From an uncultured Methanosarcinales archaeon (lineage in GTDB: Archaea; Halobacteriota; Methanosarcinia; Methanotrichales; Methanotrichaceae), in assembly GCA_963843555.1 (NCBI GenBank), contig CAWJKV010000005.1, positions 128,001 to 192,000 of the forward strand: 64,000 nucleotides of DNA. The letters run 5' to 3'. Made by a program: the position numbers and the translations under genes. Positions within the stretch are counted from its first letter, which is position 1, and every line of letters begins with the position of its first letter. Shown here piece after piece: positions 20,897-33,220 of this stretch. Below the pieces are notes generated by a model, which was given only the letters and a program-made list of their open reading frames with translations, did no database searches and had not been told where the DNA came from.

Positions 20897-21631
20897 TTGA
20901 TTGTGGCAGTACAAAGCATCGAGTTTCCCCGGGCGAAGTCAGGTATACCCGGATACGACGAATTGGTCGATGGCGGTTTTCACAGGGGGACAGTCAATAC
21001 CATAACCGGGTCATCGGGTACGGGCAAGACCGTGTTTGCCAGCCAGTTCATCCATTCTGGAATCAAAGCGGGAGAGAAGGGAATGATCATCACTCCTTCA
21101 GAAAGCGCAGAATACCTGAAGCGTGAGATGATGTCCTCCTTTGGCTGGGACTTCTCGACTCTCGAAAAAGAGGGAAAATTGAGCATAGTCGATGTCACCG
21201 ACCCCGTGCTCCGCCTGCAGAAGAGCATCGATATAGATCCCGTGGAATTTCTCATAAACTTCAGAAAGCTTGTGGAGAGGAAGCTGGAGGAGGCAAAACC
21301 CGCCAGGCTCTTCATAGACGACCTGACTGCCTTTTTCATGGCTGTGGAGGCACCTTTCAAGATCCGGTCACTGACGGATGACCTCTTCGGCACCATTCGC
21401 GCCAGCGGCGTCACCTCGGTCATCACCATCGGAACTGCTTTCGGCACCAACCAGTTCCTGGAGTACGGCGCCGACTCCGCCACAGTGCTCAATCGGGAGC
21501 GCATAGGCAACACACTCATCAGATCGATATACATTATGAAGATGCGCGGCTCAAAGATCGCCAACAGCATAAGGGTTCTGGACATCTCCGACGAGGGACT
21601 GGCGGTCTCAGCGCTCTCCCCCTATCCCTGA
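20897..21631 (+). CDS. Single-domain KaiC-like (RAD55/RecA superfamily) ATPase
   Basis: SGIPG.DELV.GG, Walker A GSSGTGKT, Walker B LFIDD, C-terminal KMRGS. Confidence 0.92.
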   Translation: MIVAVQSIEFPRAKSGIPGYDELVDGGFHRGTVNTITGSSGTGKTVFASQFIHSGIKAGEKGMIITPSESAEYLKREMMSSFGWDFSTLEKEGKLSIVDVTDPVLRLQKSIDIDPVEFLINFRKLVERKLEEAKPARLFIDDLTAFFMAVEAPFKIRSLTDDLFGTIRASGVTSVITIGTAFGTNQFLEYGADSATVLNRERIGNTLIRSIYIMKMRGSKIANSIRVLDISDEGLAVSALSPYP

Positions 21632-21638
21632 GGTATGC

Positions 21639-23423
21639 ATGATCGAAAGATGGATCATTCTGGCCGCCGAGGAAGCGGGTCCAGCCTCGAACAAGATGGG
21701 CGGCATCTGGAATGTGGTGGACGCAGAGGCCATAATGCTGGCACGGCTTGTGGCAAAGGGAGATATTGAAAGCGGCCTTCGCATACTGGTGCTGGGGCCG
21801 AACTATCCCGCCTCGGGCTCGGACTGGAACACAGGCAAGAACCGGGTAACAGATCTCTCGGGATTCGATAAGCTGGATATGGGGCAGACGCTTGCGGCAA
21901 CACTTGCCACATTGAATCGGCTGGGCATTGAGACCGTCACCGGCCAGAGAACCGAACAGGGCGTTTCCATCGGCTATGTACTCTTCAATACCAACTACTA
22001 TCAGTCTCGCATGGTGCGCTGGATGAATCAGGAGATGACCCAGAACAATGCCATCAAAACGGAGGCTTTTGATCTGTTGGGCCTCGATTCCATGAGCTTT
22101 GAGAAGGAGCAGTATGGATGGGAGTATAATCACTACCTGAACCTCTCCCATGCCATATCCGAGCTGGTGCGAAACCTTGCCCTGGCCTCAGAAGAGAAGA
22201 CGCAGAAGTACAAAGACAAGGCCGTCTCGGAGTTTGCCAAGTCGGTGATGCCCAAAGTGAGAGTCTCTTTGCACTGCCATGAGTTTGGAGTATTTTATGC
22301 CGCAGCCAGGCTGGAGAAGATGGGCATCCCAGTAAAAACGGTCTGCACTCTTCACGCCACAGTTCCCGGTCGGACTGCTGGTTATAAGTCACTGGAAAAG
22401 ATCTCCCAAAACGACTCCGCAATGGAGCCCGGCACACCCCTGGGCTTTGCCACCCTGGAGGGATTGGCCCGCTATGCCGATGCCGTCACATTCGTAGGCG
22501 ACTCGACTATGAAAGAGGCCATGCTCTTCCACCATTTGAAGGGCATTGTCATCAGAAATGGGATCGATGTCGAAGCCGAGAAGATCGACTGGGACAAGAA
22601 AGAGCGTTGCCGGGCCAAAATTCAGGATTTCCTCTCCGAGAAAATCTATAAGCAGTGCGATGGCAATTGCGTGAGTGGGGAAAATATAGTTCCTATTTTC
22701 ACCATATCTCGCATAGAGATCGAGAATAAGGGATATCCCCAGCTTCTTGATGCCCTGGTCTTTCAGGATCACCTGCTCAAAAACAGATTAACCGGTCAGC
22801 GTCGTGCCGAGGACACCAAGGTGGTATGCTTCCTGATTGCGTCTCACGGACCTAAAGCTAAAGAGAAGCTTCCAGAGGGATTTCCCGTCAATCTGCCGGC
22901 AGAGGTTCTGGTGGGCGATGAGATCCGTCTGCAGAACATGATAAAGAATCGCGGTCTGGAAGCGAGGGAGCTGGTGTCAGGCAAGAGGATGGTCGTGGCG
23001 GTGCTTTATCCTCAGTGGTTGGGGCCGGATGATGGAGGCCTGGGCATGGGAGTCGATGAGATCATGGCCGGATGCGTTGCCGGGATATTCCCATCACAAT
23101 ATGAGCCCTTTCTTCTCACGGCACTGGAAGCAGGAAAGGAGGGCACACCCAATATCGTCAGCCGGGCGGCTGGCTACAGCGATGCCCTGAAGAAAGTCGA
23201 ACGCCGCGTGCCCGGCATGGGGGGCGTTGTGATTGTAGACAACATTGAGGCCCAACCTCAGGAGACTGTTCTGGACTATGCCCTGGCACTGGACTACTTC
23301 ACCTGGACCTATCTCGAGGATGAGGTCAAATACCGGCTGCTCTGCGAGGAGTCCTTCTCCCTGGCCAGGCAGTTCAGCTGGAAGGAGCCGGTTCTGGAAT
23401 ATTATAAAAATCTTGTAGTTTGA
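21639..23423 (+). CDS. GT3-like glycogen synthase
   Basis: NKMGGIWNV, HCHEF, TLHATVPGR, SRIE.ENKG, FPSQYEP correspond to GT3 motifs (NKVGGIYTV, HFHEW, T.HAT..GR, GRYE..NKG, FPSYYEP). Confidence 0.8.
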   Translation: MIERWIILAAEEAGPASNKMGGIWNVVDAEAIMLARLVAKGDIESGLRILVLGPNYPASGSDWNTGKNRVTDLSGFDKLDMGQTLAATLATLNRLGIETVTGQRTEQGVSIGYVLFNTNYYQSRMVRWMNQEMTQNNAIKTEAFDLLGLDSMSFEKEQYGWEYNHYLNLSHAISELVRNLALASEEKTQKYKDKAVSEFAKSVMPKVRVSLHCHEFGVFYAAARLEKMGIPVKTVCTLHATVPGRTAGYKSLEKISQNDSAMEPGTPLGFATLEGLARYADAVTFVGDSTMKEAMLFHHLKGIVIRNGIDVEAEKIDWDKKERCRAKIQDFLSEKIYKQCDGNCVSGENIVPIFTISRIEIENKGYPQLLDALVFQDHLLKNRLTGQRRAEDTKVVCFLIASHGPKAKEKLPEGFPVNLPAEVLVGDEIRLQNMIKNRGLEARELVSGKRMVVAVLYPQWLGPDDGGLGMGVDEIMAGCVAGIFPSQYEPFLLTALEAGKEGTPNIVSRAAGYSDALKKVERRVPGMGGVVIVDNIEAQPQETVLDYALALDYFTWTYLEDEVKYRLLCEESFSLARQFSWKEPVLEYYKNLVV

Positions 23424-23442
23424 ATCCAATTTCAGGAGCGAC

Positions 23443-24657
23443 TTGCCGATGCGAATCGCGTATTTGAGCACCGAGTACCCACCGCTAATCTATGGCGGCC
23501 TGGGTGTCTATGTGGATAATATATCCCGCAATCTATCAAGCCTTGGCCAGAAGATCTCTGTCTTCTCCTGGGGGCTTGAGAGCCTTCCCAGGCATGAGAA
23601 TTTAGGAGGTGTGGAGGTATTCAGGGAGCCGCCGCTGCCCATGCAGGACGGCATGGAGGTCTTTCTTTCGCCCGAGACTCTGGCCTGGGGAGAGGGCCTC
23701 AAGTATCTGCTTGAGCTCCTCAGCTATAACCAGATGTCTCTGGGCGATATCTTCCGGGAAGGGCCTTTTCAGCTGGTCGTCGCCCATGACTGGCTCGGTC
23801 TGCCCGGGGGGATGGCCGCCAAGAGAAAAGGCATTCCCTTGATCTATCATGTGCACGGCCTGGAAAGCGGACGCTCAGAGAGGCCCAATCCCCAGCTGGT
23901 AGCCCTGGAGCGCAGAGGCGCTGCTGTTGCGGACCTGGTCATTACCGTATCTCTGGCCATGAAAAGAGAGCTGGCCTCGCTGGGAGTTCCGGCGGAAAAA
24001 GTCAGGGTATGCTACCACGGCGTAGATACCGAGTTCTTCGATCCAAACCGTGTCGATCCCAATGCACTGGAAGCTCTGCGAGAGAAGTACGGCTATGCAA
24101 AGGATGATATCATCGTCCTCTTCCTGGGCCGGCTGGAGCCGGTCAAAGGCGTCATAGAGCTATTTTCTGCTATGCCTCAAGTCCTGGCAGAGCACGAGCG
24201 GGTGAAGCTGCTGGTAGTGGGCAAGGGCAGCCTGGAGGAATGGGCCAGGGGAGAGTCGCAACGACAGAGCAACATATCGCTGGTAACAGACTTTCTCAAT
24301 GACGGGGAGAAGAGGCTCTACTACGCTCTGGCGGATTTGTGCGTTTTTCCCAGCCTCTACGAACCCTTTGGCATTGTAGCTCTGGAGGCGGCAGCCATGG
24401 GCAAGCCCTCCGTGGTAGGCGCCGCCGGAACCAGCGGCCTGGGGGAGATTGTACTGAACCCTGCCGCAGAAAAACCCACCGGTGTTCATGTTAACGCTCG
24501 CGATCCAGAGGATCTGGCCTGGGGCATCAACCTGGCTCTGAAAGATCTGATGAGGCTACGGATTTGGGGGAAGAATGCCCGAGAGCGAGCGAGTTCGGAG
24601 TTCAGCTGGCAGAAAGCGGCCGTGAGGACCCTGGAGATTTATGAAGAAGTGGTTTGA
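23443..24657 (+). CDS. GT4 family glycosyltransferase
   Basis: EYPP..YGGLG, AHDW, FLGRL..VKG, FPSLYEPFGIVALEA. Confidence 0.92.
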   Translation: MPMRIAYLSTEYPPLIYGGLGVYVDNISRNLSSLGQKISVFSWGLESLPRHENLGGVEVFREPPLPMQDGMEVFLSPETLAWGEGLKYLLELLSYNQMSLGDIFREGPFQLVVAHDWLGLPGGMAAKRKGIPLIYHVHGLESGRSERPNPQLVALERRGAAVADLVITVSLAMKRELASLGVPAEKVRVCYHGVDTEFFDPNRVDPNALEALREKYGYAKDDIIVLFLGRLEPVKGVIELFSAMPQVLAEHERVKLLVVGKGSLEEWARGESQRQSNISLVTDFLNDGEKRLYYALADLCVFPSLYEPFGIVALEAAAMGKPSVVGAAGTSGLGEIVLNPAAEKPTGVHVNARDPEDLAWGINLALKDLMRLRIWGKNARERASSEFSWQKAAVRTLEIYEEVV

Positions 24658-24678
24658 GTCTTATGAGGAGACGACGGA

Positions 24679-25671
24679 ATGCCGGAGCTGAGACGCCACT
24701 ATTTCCTGGAAGAGTACTGCATCATCGCTAGCGAACGCAGTAAGAGGCCGTCCGACTTCCTGGTGGCAAAAGCCGTCCCGGGAGACGAAAAAACGTGTCC
24801 CTTCTGTCCGGGAAACGAGGACATGACTCCGCCAAATGTTGCAGTCTACACGGATAGAGGGGTTCTTTCTCTGGGTCCAAAAAGAGTCCCGGGCTGGCAG
24901 TTGAGAGTCTTTCCTAATGTATTCGCTGCCATGGTCCCAGGCCCCGCGCCTGCAACTGCCGAATGGATAGCTCTGCCGGGACATGGCTACCATGAGGTGA
25001 TTGTGGACTCACCTCTGCATAGGGAAAACCCGGCGGACTTCAGTCAGGAACACATGGAGCGGCTTCTCCTGGTTTATAGGGATCGCTATGTCCACTACAG
25101 CCACCTTGACGAGGTGAAATACATATCCATCTTCAAAAATTGGGGCAAGGAGGCAGGTGCATCTTTATCCCACAGCCACTCTCAGCTCATCACCCTTCCC
25201 ATACTGCCACCCCTGATGAAAAGGGAGCAGGACGCCATCTCCCAGGCATCTTTCTGCCCGTTCTGCAATATCGTGGAAAGGGAGAGAACATCGTGCCGCC
25301 TCATCGCCGAGGACGACCATTGGGAACTGATTGCTCCCTTCTATTCTCCTGCACCTTATGAGACCTGGATTCTCCCTAAGAGGCATCTTTGTAACCTTTC
25401 GGAGATGACGGCGCTGGAATGCAAGAATCTGGCCGCTCTGTTGAAAAGGATAATGGGAAGCTTGCGGTCCCTCTTAGACGATCCGCCATACAATCTCATG
25501 ATCTTCCAGCAATCTTCTGATTATCACCTCAACGTCAGAATTCAGCCTGCTGTGGCTAAGATTGCAGGATTTGAGAGAAGCACAGGCATATACATCAACC
25601 CCGTTCCGCCCGAGCGAGCGGCTGCAGAGCTTTCGGCGGAGATACACGCCGCCGAAAAGTTAATCAATTAA
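24679..25671 (+). CDS. galT: GalT-like hexose-1-phosphate nucleotidyltransferase (HIT superfamily)
   Basis: MPELR, R..RP, CPFCPGNE, RVFPN.F, G.HEVI, FKNWG..AGASLSHSHSQ. Confidence 0.88.
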   Translation: MPELRRHYFLEEYCIIASERSKRPSDFLVAKAVPGDEKTCPFCPGNEDMTPPNVAVYTDRGVLSLGPKRVPGWQLRVFPNVFAAMVPGPAPATAEWIALPGHGYHEVIVDSPLHRENPADFSQEHMERLLLVYRDRYVHYSHLDEVKYISIFKNWGKEAGASLSHSHSQLITLPILPPLMKREQDAISQASFCPFCNIVERERTSCRLIAEDDHWELIAPFYSPAPYETWILPKRHLCNLSEMTALECKNLAALLKRIMGSLRSLLDDPPYNLMIFQQSSDYHLNVRIQPAVAKIAGFERSTGIYINPVPPERAAAELSAEIHAAEKLIN

Positions 25672-25773
25672 CAATCCTCATAGTATCACAATTTGATATT
25701 TCGAGCTTCGTGACTTTCATAAAACGTGGAGTAAGATGTACAGAAAAAGCGCTAAAATAGATACGGTGAAGAG

Positions 25774-26937
25774 ATGAGAATTGCAATGCTCTCCTGGGAG
25801 AGCTTATACTCAATAAAAGTAGGTGGCGTTGCCCCCCACGTCTCAGAGATCTCCGAAGCTCTGGCCAGGAGAGGCCATGAAGTTCATGTTTTTACTCGCC
25901 GAGGCGATTATGAGACCTATGATAAGATCAATGGTGTACACTACCAGAGAGCGGATGTAGATAGCTCTGGAAACATCCTGGATCAGATGGATCGAATGTG
26001 TGATGCTCTCTATGATCGTTTCTGTGCGGTGCAAGAGCTCTTCGGCAACTTCGATATCGTGCATGGTCACGATTGGCATCCTGTGCTGGCTTTGGTCCGC
26101 ATAAAGAATGACTTTGGACTGCCCTTTCTCATAACTATGCACAGCACAGAATGGGGGAGGAATGGAAACAACTTTGGATACGGCATATCCCAGGAGATCT
26201 CCCGCCGAGAGTGGCTGGGCTGCTATGAGGCCTCTAAGGTGATTGTGACAACGATACGCATGCAGGATGAGTTGATGTGGATCTACAATCTGCCTCAAGA
26301 CAAGATCTCGATCATACCCAACGGCATCGTGCTGGGGAAGATGAAGCGGGAATTGGATGCAGGCCGGGTCAAGGAGAAGTACGGCATTCACCCCCTGGCG
26401 CCCATGGTACTCTTCTGCGGCAGGATGAGCATCCAGAAAGGGCCCGACCTCCTGGTGGAAGCAGTCCCTCATATCTTGTGGAACAGATCCGGTGTCTGTT
26501 TTGTCTTCATTGGAGAGGGAGACATAAAGGCGGAGTGCGAGCGCAGAGCTCGCGAGCTGGGCGTGGGGAATTCCTGCCGGTTCCTTGGCTATACTTCCAG
26601 CGCCGAGAAACAGGAGCTCATGAACGCATGCGACCTCATGTGCGTTCCCAGCCGCAACGAACCTTTCGGGGTAGTCGTCCTGGAGGCCTGGGATGCCTGC
26701 AAACCCGTGGTAGGGACGGAAGCTGTGAGCATCATCAAGAACTTCGAAGATGGACTGCTGGCCTATGTGCAAGCGGAGTCCATCGCCTGGTGCATTAACC
26801 GGCTGATTTCCAACCCCGAAGAGATGAAGAAGCTGGCCCGGGCCGGATACAACAGGATCAATAGCGAATTCAGCTGGGATCGAATCGCCAAGAATACGGA
26901 AGACGCCATGGAGCAGGCCATCGATCAGAGCCGCTAG
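25774..26937 (+). CDS. GT4 family glycosyltransferase
   Basis: SWESLYSIKVGG, HGHDWH, HSTEWGR, GR...QKGPD, PSRNEPFG.V.LEAW. Confidence 0.92.
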   Translation: MRIAMLSWESLYSIKVGGVAPHVSEISEALARRGHEVHVFTRRGDYETYDKINGVHYQRADVDSSGNILDQMDRMCDALYDRFCAVQELFGNFDIVHGHDWHPVLALVRIKNDFGLPFLITMHSTEWGRNGNNFGYGISQEISRREWLGCYEASKVIVTTIRMQDELMWIYNLPQDKISIIPNGIVLGKMKRELDAGRVKEKYGIHPLAPMVLFCGRMSIQKGPDLLVEAVPHILWNRSGVCFVFIGEGDIKAECERRARELGVGNSCRFLGYTSSAEKQELMNACDLMCVPSRNEPFGVVVLEAWDACKPVVGTEAVSIIKNFEDGLLAYVQAESIAWCINRLISNPEEMKKLARAGYNRINSEFSWDRIAKNTEDAMEQAIDQSR

Positions 26938-27040
26938 TACCATTTTTCTCCATTTTTTATGTCCAGCATCAAAGTATTGGTGCATCATTTTGGGTTCTAA
27001 CCGAAAGGTTCATGAAGGGCTAACACAAGGGGCTCTTGGC

Positions 27041-27114
27041 GCCTCGATAGCTTAGCCCGGTATAGCGCGTCCTTGGTAAGGACGAGGTCGCGGGTTCGAA
27101 TCCCGTCCGAGGCT
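27041..27114 (+). tRNA. tRNA-Thr (anticodon GGT)
   Basis: Cloverleaf with anticodon arm CGTCC-TTGGTAA-GGACG, T arm GCGGG-TTCGAAT-CCCGT, acceptor GCCTCG/CGAGGC. Confidence 0.95.
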
Positions 27115-27191
27115 TAATTAAATAATGTCTTCATTTTTAGTGACTTATTTCTCTTCATAGCTCTCCGGCCGTGAGACGTGAATCGTCTCTA

Positions 27192-28669
27192 TCATCTCCC
27201 TTTCGAGAGTGCGGCATTTACTGCCTTCAAGAGGCTCCGACGCAGTCTTTCGCCTGTGATCGATTGCATCCTGGCCATCTTCTCAGCCAGTGCCTCGTCT
27301 CCCAGGCTCGTCCTGGCCCAGGCGGCGAAATCACCTTCACTATTATGATACTCCAGGGAGGCCAACTGAACAGTTCCTAGAATCTCTTTCATCCCTCTCA
27401 GTGTCCAGGCGACTTCTCCCGTGAACTCATCGATTCCTGTGGCAAACAGGAAGGGTGAATCTGCCATATGGGTCTTATTCTTGAGCCGGTAATGCAGATC
27501 ACATAAAACGCTGAAGTAGGTAACCGAGGCTTCATAGGGATTACCGTACGGGCTGAAGTAGCTGTGCACCTCGCCAGGCCCACCACCATGAGTGAAGATG
27601 TAATAGAGATGATCGGAGAGGCCAAGGATCCTCCAGATCTCCAGTAGATCGGAATCGCAACTTTCCTTGACAGGTGCCTCCAGCCTCTTCTGGTATATGA
27701 AACAGGCCTGCTGCAGGGCATTTCCCAGCCAGCAGCTCGTATCCCTCTCCAGGTCCGCCCAGGAGACATATTCCGGTCACGGAAAGCTCTCTTCTGGGAG
27801 TTATATTCCTGGCAATCTCGGCAGGAGTTGCAAATTCTAGATTATCATATCGGATCACCTGTTCTGGCAGATAGCGGAGAAACTCAAAGATGCCCGTCTC
27901 CGTCCACTGGTGCTCGCCAAAGGTCTCGTAGTCGCAGAAGAGGTTTATGCACCTGCCCGGGGTCGCCGCCAGCCAGCGGGCATACTTGTCAGCAGTGAGA
28001 GGGTATTCTTCCCAATGTGAGAGGAGAAGCGAAAGCCAATATCGTCCGTGAGCTGATAGTTTCGCAGCAGCAGGGAAATGGAGGTTCCTTTGGGCCGGTA
28101 GACGATAGTTCGGATTCTCGACCACCCCCTCAGCGAATATGGCCTTGTATCCCATGGATTCTGACCATTAACGCTATCTCGTCGCTATAAATCAGCTCGG
28201 TATTCTCGAAGGTCGTCGGCTTCACGGCAAAGATATCCCAGATCAGCTCCTGGTGCATCTTAACCTGTTCGTAGAACTCCTGGGCATCCTCGTAGAGGCT
28301 GGCCAGAGAGTGATAGTAGGTCTGCTCCATCACCTCCACCTGCCCCGTCTCCACCAGCTCGACGAATGAGTCCAAAACCTCCGGGCGGTATCTTCGGCAC
28401 TGCTCCAGGAAGATGCCGGAAAAGCTGTATGCGACCTTGAAAGGCTTATCCGATCCCTCATGCTTTTGAATGCCTTCCAGGATCACCTTGTTGGCAGGCA
28501 GATAGCATTTATCGGATACGCGTTCGAAGATCCTTTTGTTCTCGGAATCGTCGAAATAAAACTCCCTCCAATCGGGCACGACCTCTCTATGCAGAGAACT
28601 ATCCCAGAAGAAATTTTTATTCAGCCGGAGGGGCTGGTGTACCTCGAAGCAGAGGGAAATAAGGGTCAT
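27192..28669 (-). CDS. GH57 family alpha-amylase/glucanotransferase with C-terminal DUF5752-like domain (about four apparent frameshifts)
   Basis: FEVHQP, TYYHSL, NTELIY, LLRNYQLTDDIGFRFS (shifted frame), DYETFGEHQW, SWADLERD, SDHLYY, YFSPY recovered across frames. Confidence 0.9.
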
Positions 28670-28999
28670 GTCTTACTATCCGGCTGCAAATTATTTACAT
28701 CCTTCGCATTTGTTCCCTTCAGAGGCACCCTTATGTCTGCATGACACACCCTTTTAAGTGCATACTTCTGAGTAAAGGGCTGTATATCCTGGGCGAAAGA
28801 GGCATATCTTTGATCAAAAGGCTGCATAACTTCAGGTCAGAGGCAGCACAATCCCGAATTCTTTTACTTTTTGCCCGGACTCAAATATATATTTTTATTT
28901 ATTATTCAATTTACTCTTCGTCATTGGAGCAAAAAGTATATATATCCTACTATGAACCAAATGGTTGGCTTCAGTGGGGGAATTTGAATAGTAATAGGA

Positions 29000-29266
29000 T
29001 TGACAATGATCAAGGTTAGGTCCGGCCAGGAAAGGTCTGTCTATGCCGATCTGCAGAAAAGGCCGGAAGTGAGGGACGTCTATCGTCTCTTTGGTGAATA
29101 TAACTTCTTCCTGGTTATGCAGGCGGATGGCAAGAATGGGTTAGGTCAAATGCTGAGCCAGATCAAAGAAGAGCAGAACGTTATCAAGACGGGGCCCCTT
29201 CTTTTCACCACCGATAGCGATTTAGACAAAATCACCGAGAACGATTTAGACTTGGCCTTGGGCTGA
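29000..29266 (+). CDS. Stand-alone Lrp/AsnC ligand-binding (RAM) domain protein
   Basis: IKV..G.E..VY..L...PEV..VY.LFGEY.F pattern; no HTH. Confidence 0.75.
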   Translation: MTMIKVRSGQERSVYADLQKRPEVRDVYRLFGEYNFFLVMQADGKNGLGQMLSQIKEEQNVIKTGPLLFTTDSDLDKITENDLDLALG

Positions 29267-29703
29267 ATTCTCAGCATCTTTGGCACTTTCCAGGCAAGAA
29301 GGTTCGACCAGAGGAGCGAACTTTGTGCCGTAGTAGATGATGCCCCGATCGCCCTCTTTTCCCAGGATACGAAATACAGGCTGAACGCGCATACCTATCT
29401 TCACGTCGGCTGAACTGGAGACGATCTGACCTGTGATCTTGGGCCCCTCATCCAGCTGGATGATGGCGAGATTGTAAGGTGTCAGCCTCTCGAACTCGTC
29501 GGTGGCATTATAGATTGTGGTATAGGTGACGATGGTGCCCGTCCCCTTGAAGGTATACTCCTCCAGATGCGCTCCGCGGCGGCAGTTGGGGCAAAGATTG
29601 CGAGGCGGAAAGAAGTATTCGTTGCAGCGATTGCAGTGCGTTCCCAGGAGGTTGTACCTCTGAGGTATGCTTCTCCAGAATCTAGGCGCTTGCGTTGTCA
29701 TCT

Positions 29704-29707
<4 letters not shown>
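29246..29707 (-). CDS. DUF35 Zn-ribbon/OB-fold protein (thiolase/HMG-CoA synthase scaffold)
   Basis: PRFWR...RY.L.G..C..C...FPPR..CP.C, G.I.TYT, GII.YG.KF; directly downstream of thiolase. Confidence 0.92.
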
Positions 29708-31902
<2,195 letters not shown>

Positions 31903-31908
31903 GAGACT

Positions 31909-32628
31909 TCACCCTTTGCTCAAAGCACTGGTGATTTCATCAACAGAAAAGTGTGTCGTCAAAAGAGGAATATTTTCGACCTCTGCGATCCTTTTCGCTA
32001 CCGGGTCCACGTCGGCTGGCTTGAGCCCCTGCAAAACCACCGCACCGGGCTTGAGGTTGCTGACTCTCACTGCCACCATGGGCGATTTGCCGGACCGGAC
32101 GCCAGTAAATATCAGGGCTCGAGCCGTGCTTCGCCCATAGATCTTCTGGAACTGGTCGGGAAGCATCTCCACAATGGCCTTCATGCTGTCTATTACCGTA
32201 TATCCCCAGATGGTGATATCCGTCCGGCCATAGATGACCTCGGCTTCCAGTTTGCCTGCAATATCCTCGAGGGGGAGAGGCTCCTGGTACTCGCAGACAC
32301 TGCATATGGAATCAAGGCCCAAGATGTCGCCCCACATATTCTCATAGGCGCGCAGGACATTGCAGCCCCGGCTTTCATCCACTCTCAGCAGCGCATCGAT
32401 GATCTTGCTGACGATCATTATGCCCGGTGACTTTCTCCTGCCGCTCTCATAATCGGAGATGACGGAAGGGGATATGCCCAGATGATTGGAGAGGTCGGTC
32501 TGGGTTATGCCGAAGTTGCGCCGCCACTTCCTCAAGGTGTCGCCGGGACTCTGGGACAGGGTGATCTCTCCTGCAATCTTTTCAGCCAATAGTCCTCGTG
32601 CGTTGGAGATCTCCCCACCTGATTTCAT
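31909..32628 (-). CDS. XRE-type HTH transcriptional regulator (COG1709-like)
   Basis: LAEKIAGEITLS.SPG.TLRKWR, SPSVISDYESGRRKSPG, GYTVIDS, RALIFT.V.SGKSPMVAVRV; the track ORF is over-extended through the tRNA. Confidence 0.9.
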   Translation of the reverse strand: MKSGGEISNARGLLAEKIAGEITLSQSPGDTLRKWRRNFGITQTDLSNHLGISPSVISDYESGRRKSPGIMIVSKIIDALLRVDESRGCNVLRAYENMWGDILGLDSICSVCEYQEPLPLEDIAGKLEAEVIYGRTDITIWGYTVIDSMKAIVEMLPDQFQKIYGRSTARALIFTGVRSGKSPMVAVRVSNLKPGAVVLQGLKPADVDPVAKRIAEVENIPLLTTHFSVDEITSALSKG

Positions 32629-32709
32629 AAAGCAACAACTGGTTAAACTAGGATATAAATGTAGCGAAAAAATTCGGCATTTAACGTAACAATGGCCGGA
32701 TGAAAGAAG

Positions 32710-32807
32710 TGCGTCGACCGGGATTCGAACCCGGGTTGTAGGCTTGCTTCGCAGAATCAGATCTTCTGCCTGGAAGGCCCAAGTCATAACCACTAGACCA
32801 TCGACGC
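32710..32807 (-). tRNA. tRNA-Gly (anticodon TCC) with 26-nt intron at position 37/38 (intron 32745-32770)
   Basis: Acceptor GCGTCGA/TCGACGC; TGGGC-CTTCCA^[GGCAGAAGATCTGATTCTGCGAAGCA]^A-GCCTA forms a bulge-helix-bulge (CTTC/GAAG helix, two 3-nt bulges). Confidence 0.95.
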
Positions 32808-32860
32808 CCGCCCTCTTAGTCTCACAGGTTGAACTTAACTGTTTCGATCCAAATCCCCTT

Positions 32861-33220
32861 CTATGTGATATCCGGCTGTAATACCATTAATTTGATATAT
32901 TCTACCATGACGGGAATCTCTTTAGCTGCCAATGGCTTCCAGTCTTCATCGACCATAGGAACCCAGGCGCCACCCTTTTTTTCAAAGCTGAGTATGTCAT
33001 CGAGGCTGCAAAATCCGGAAGCTATTCCATCTGTCTTATTCACGAAGAAGCCAAAGAACCTCTTGCCGATCGGACCATACTCTGCCAGATACCAGTGCAT
33101 TTTCTTTTCGTTGTAGAGATGCAGATAAATCCTCTCTTCTCCAATGCAATAGTGATCAAAGGTTAAGGATGGAAGCCGGGCCAGATCGCCCGGATTCAAG
33201 TCGCAGAATTTCTTGTTCAA
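32861..33220 (-). CDS. Hypothetical protein, DUF2958-like
   Basis: HWYLAEY...RFFGF......SGF.SL.DI resembles the DUF2958 W-Y-x-x-E...FG...GY.SL.EL pattern. Confidence 0.6.
   Translation of the reverse strand: MNKKFCDLNPGDLARLPSLTFDHYCIGEERIYLHLYNEKKMHWYLAEYGPIGKRFFGFFVNKTDGIASGFCSLDDILSFEKKGGAWVPMVDEDWKPLAAKEIPVMVEYIKLMVLQPDIT

Noticed and set aside
20897..21631. Circadian clock KaiC
   Set aside because: Single ATPase domain and no kaiA/kaiB; it belongs to the broad archaeal KaiC-like group.
32629..32793. N-terminal extension of the HTH regulator
   Set aside because: Overlaps the intron-containing tRNA-Gly; family similarity starts near ATG 32628.
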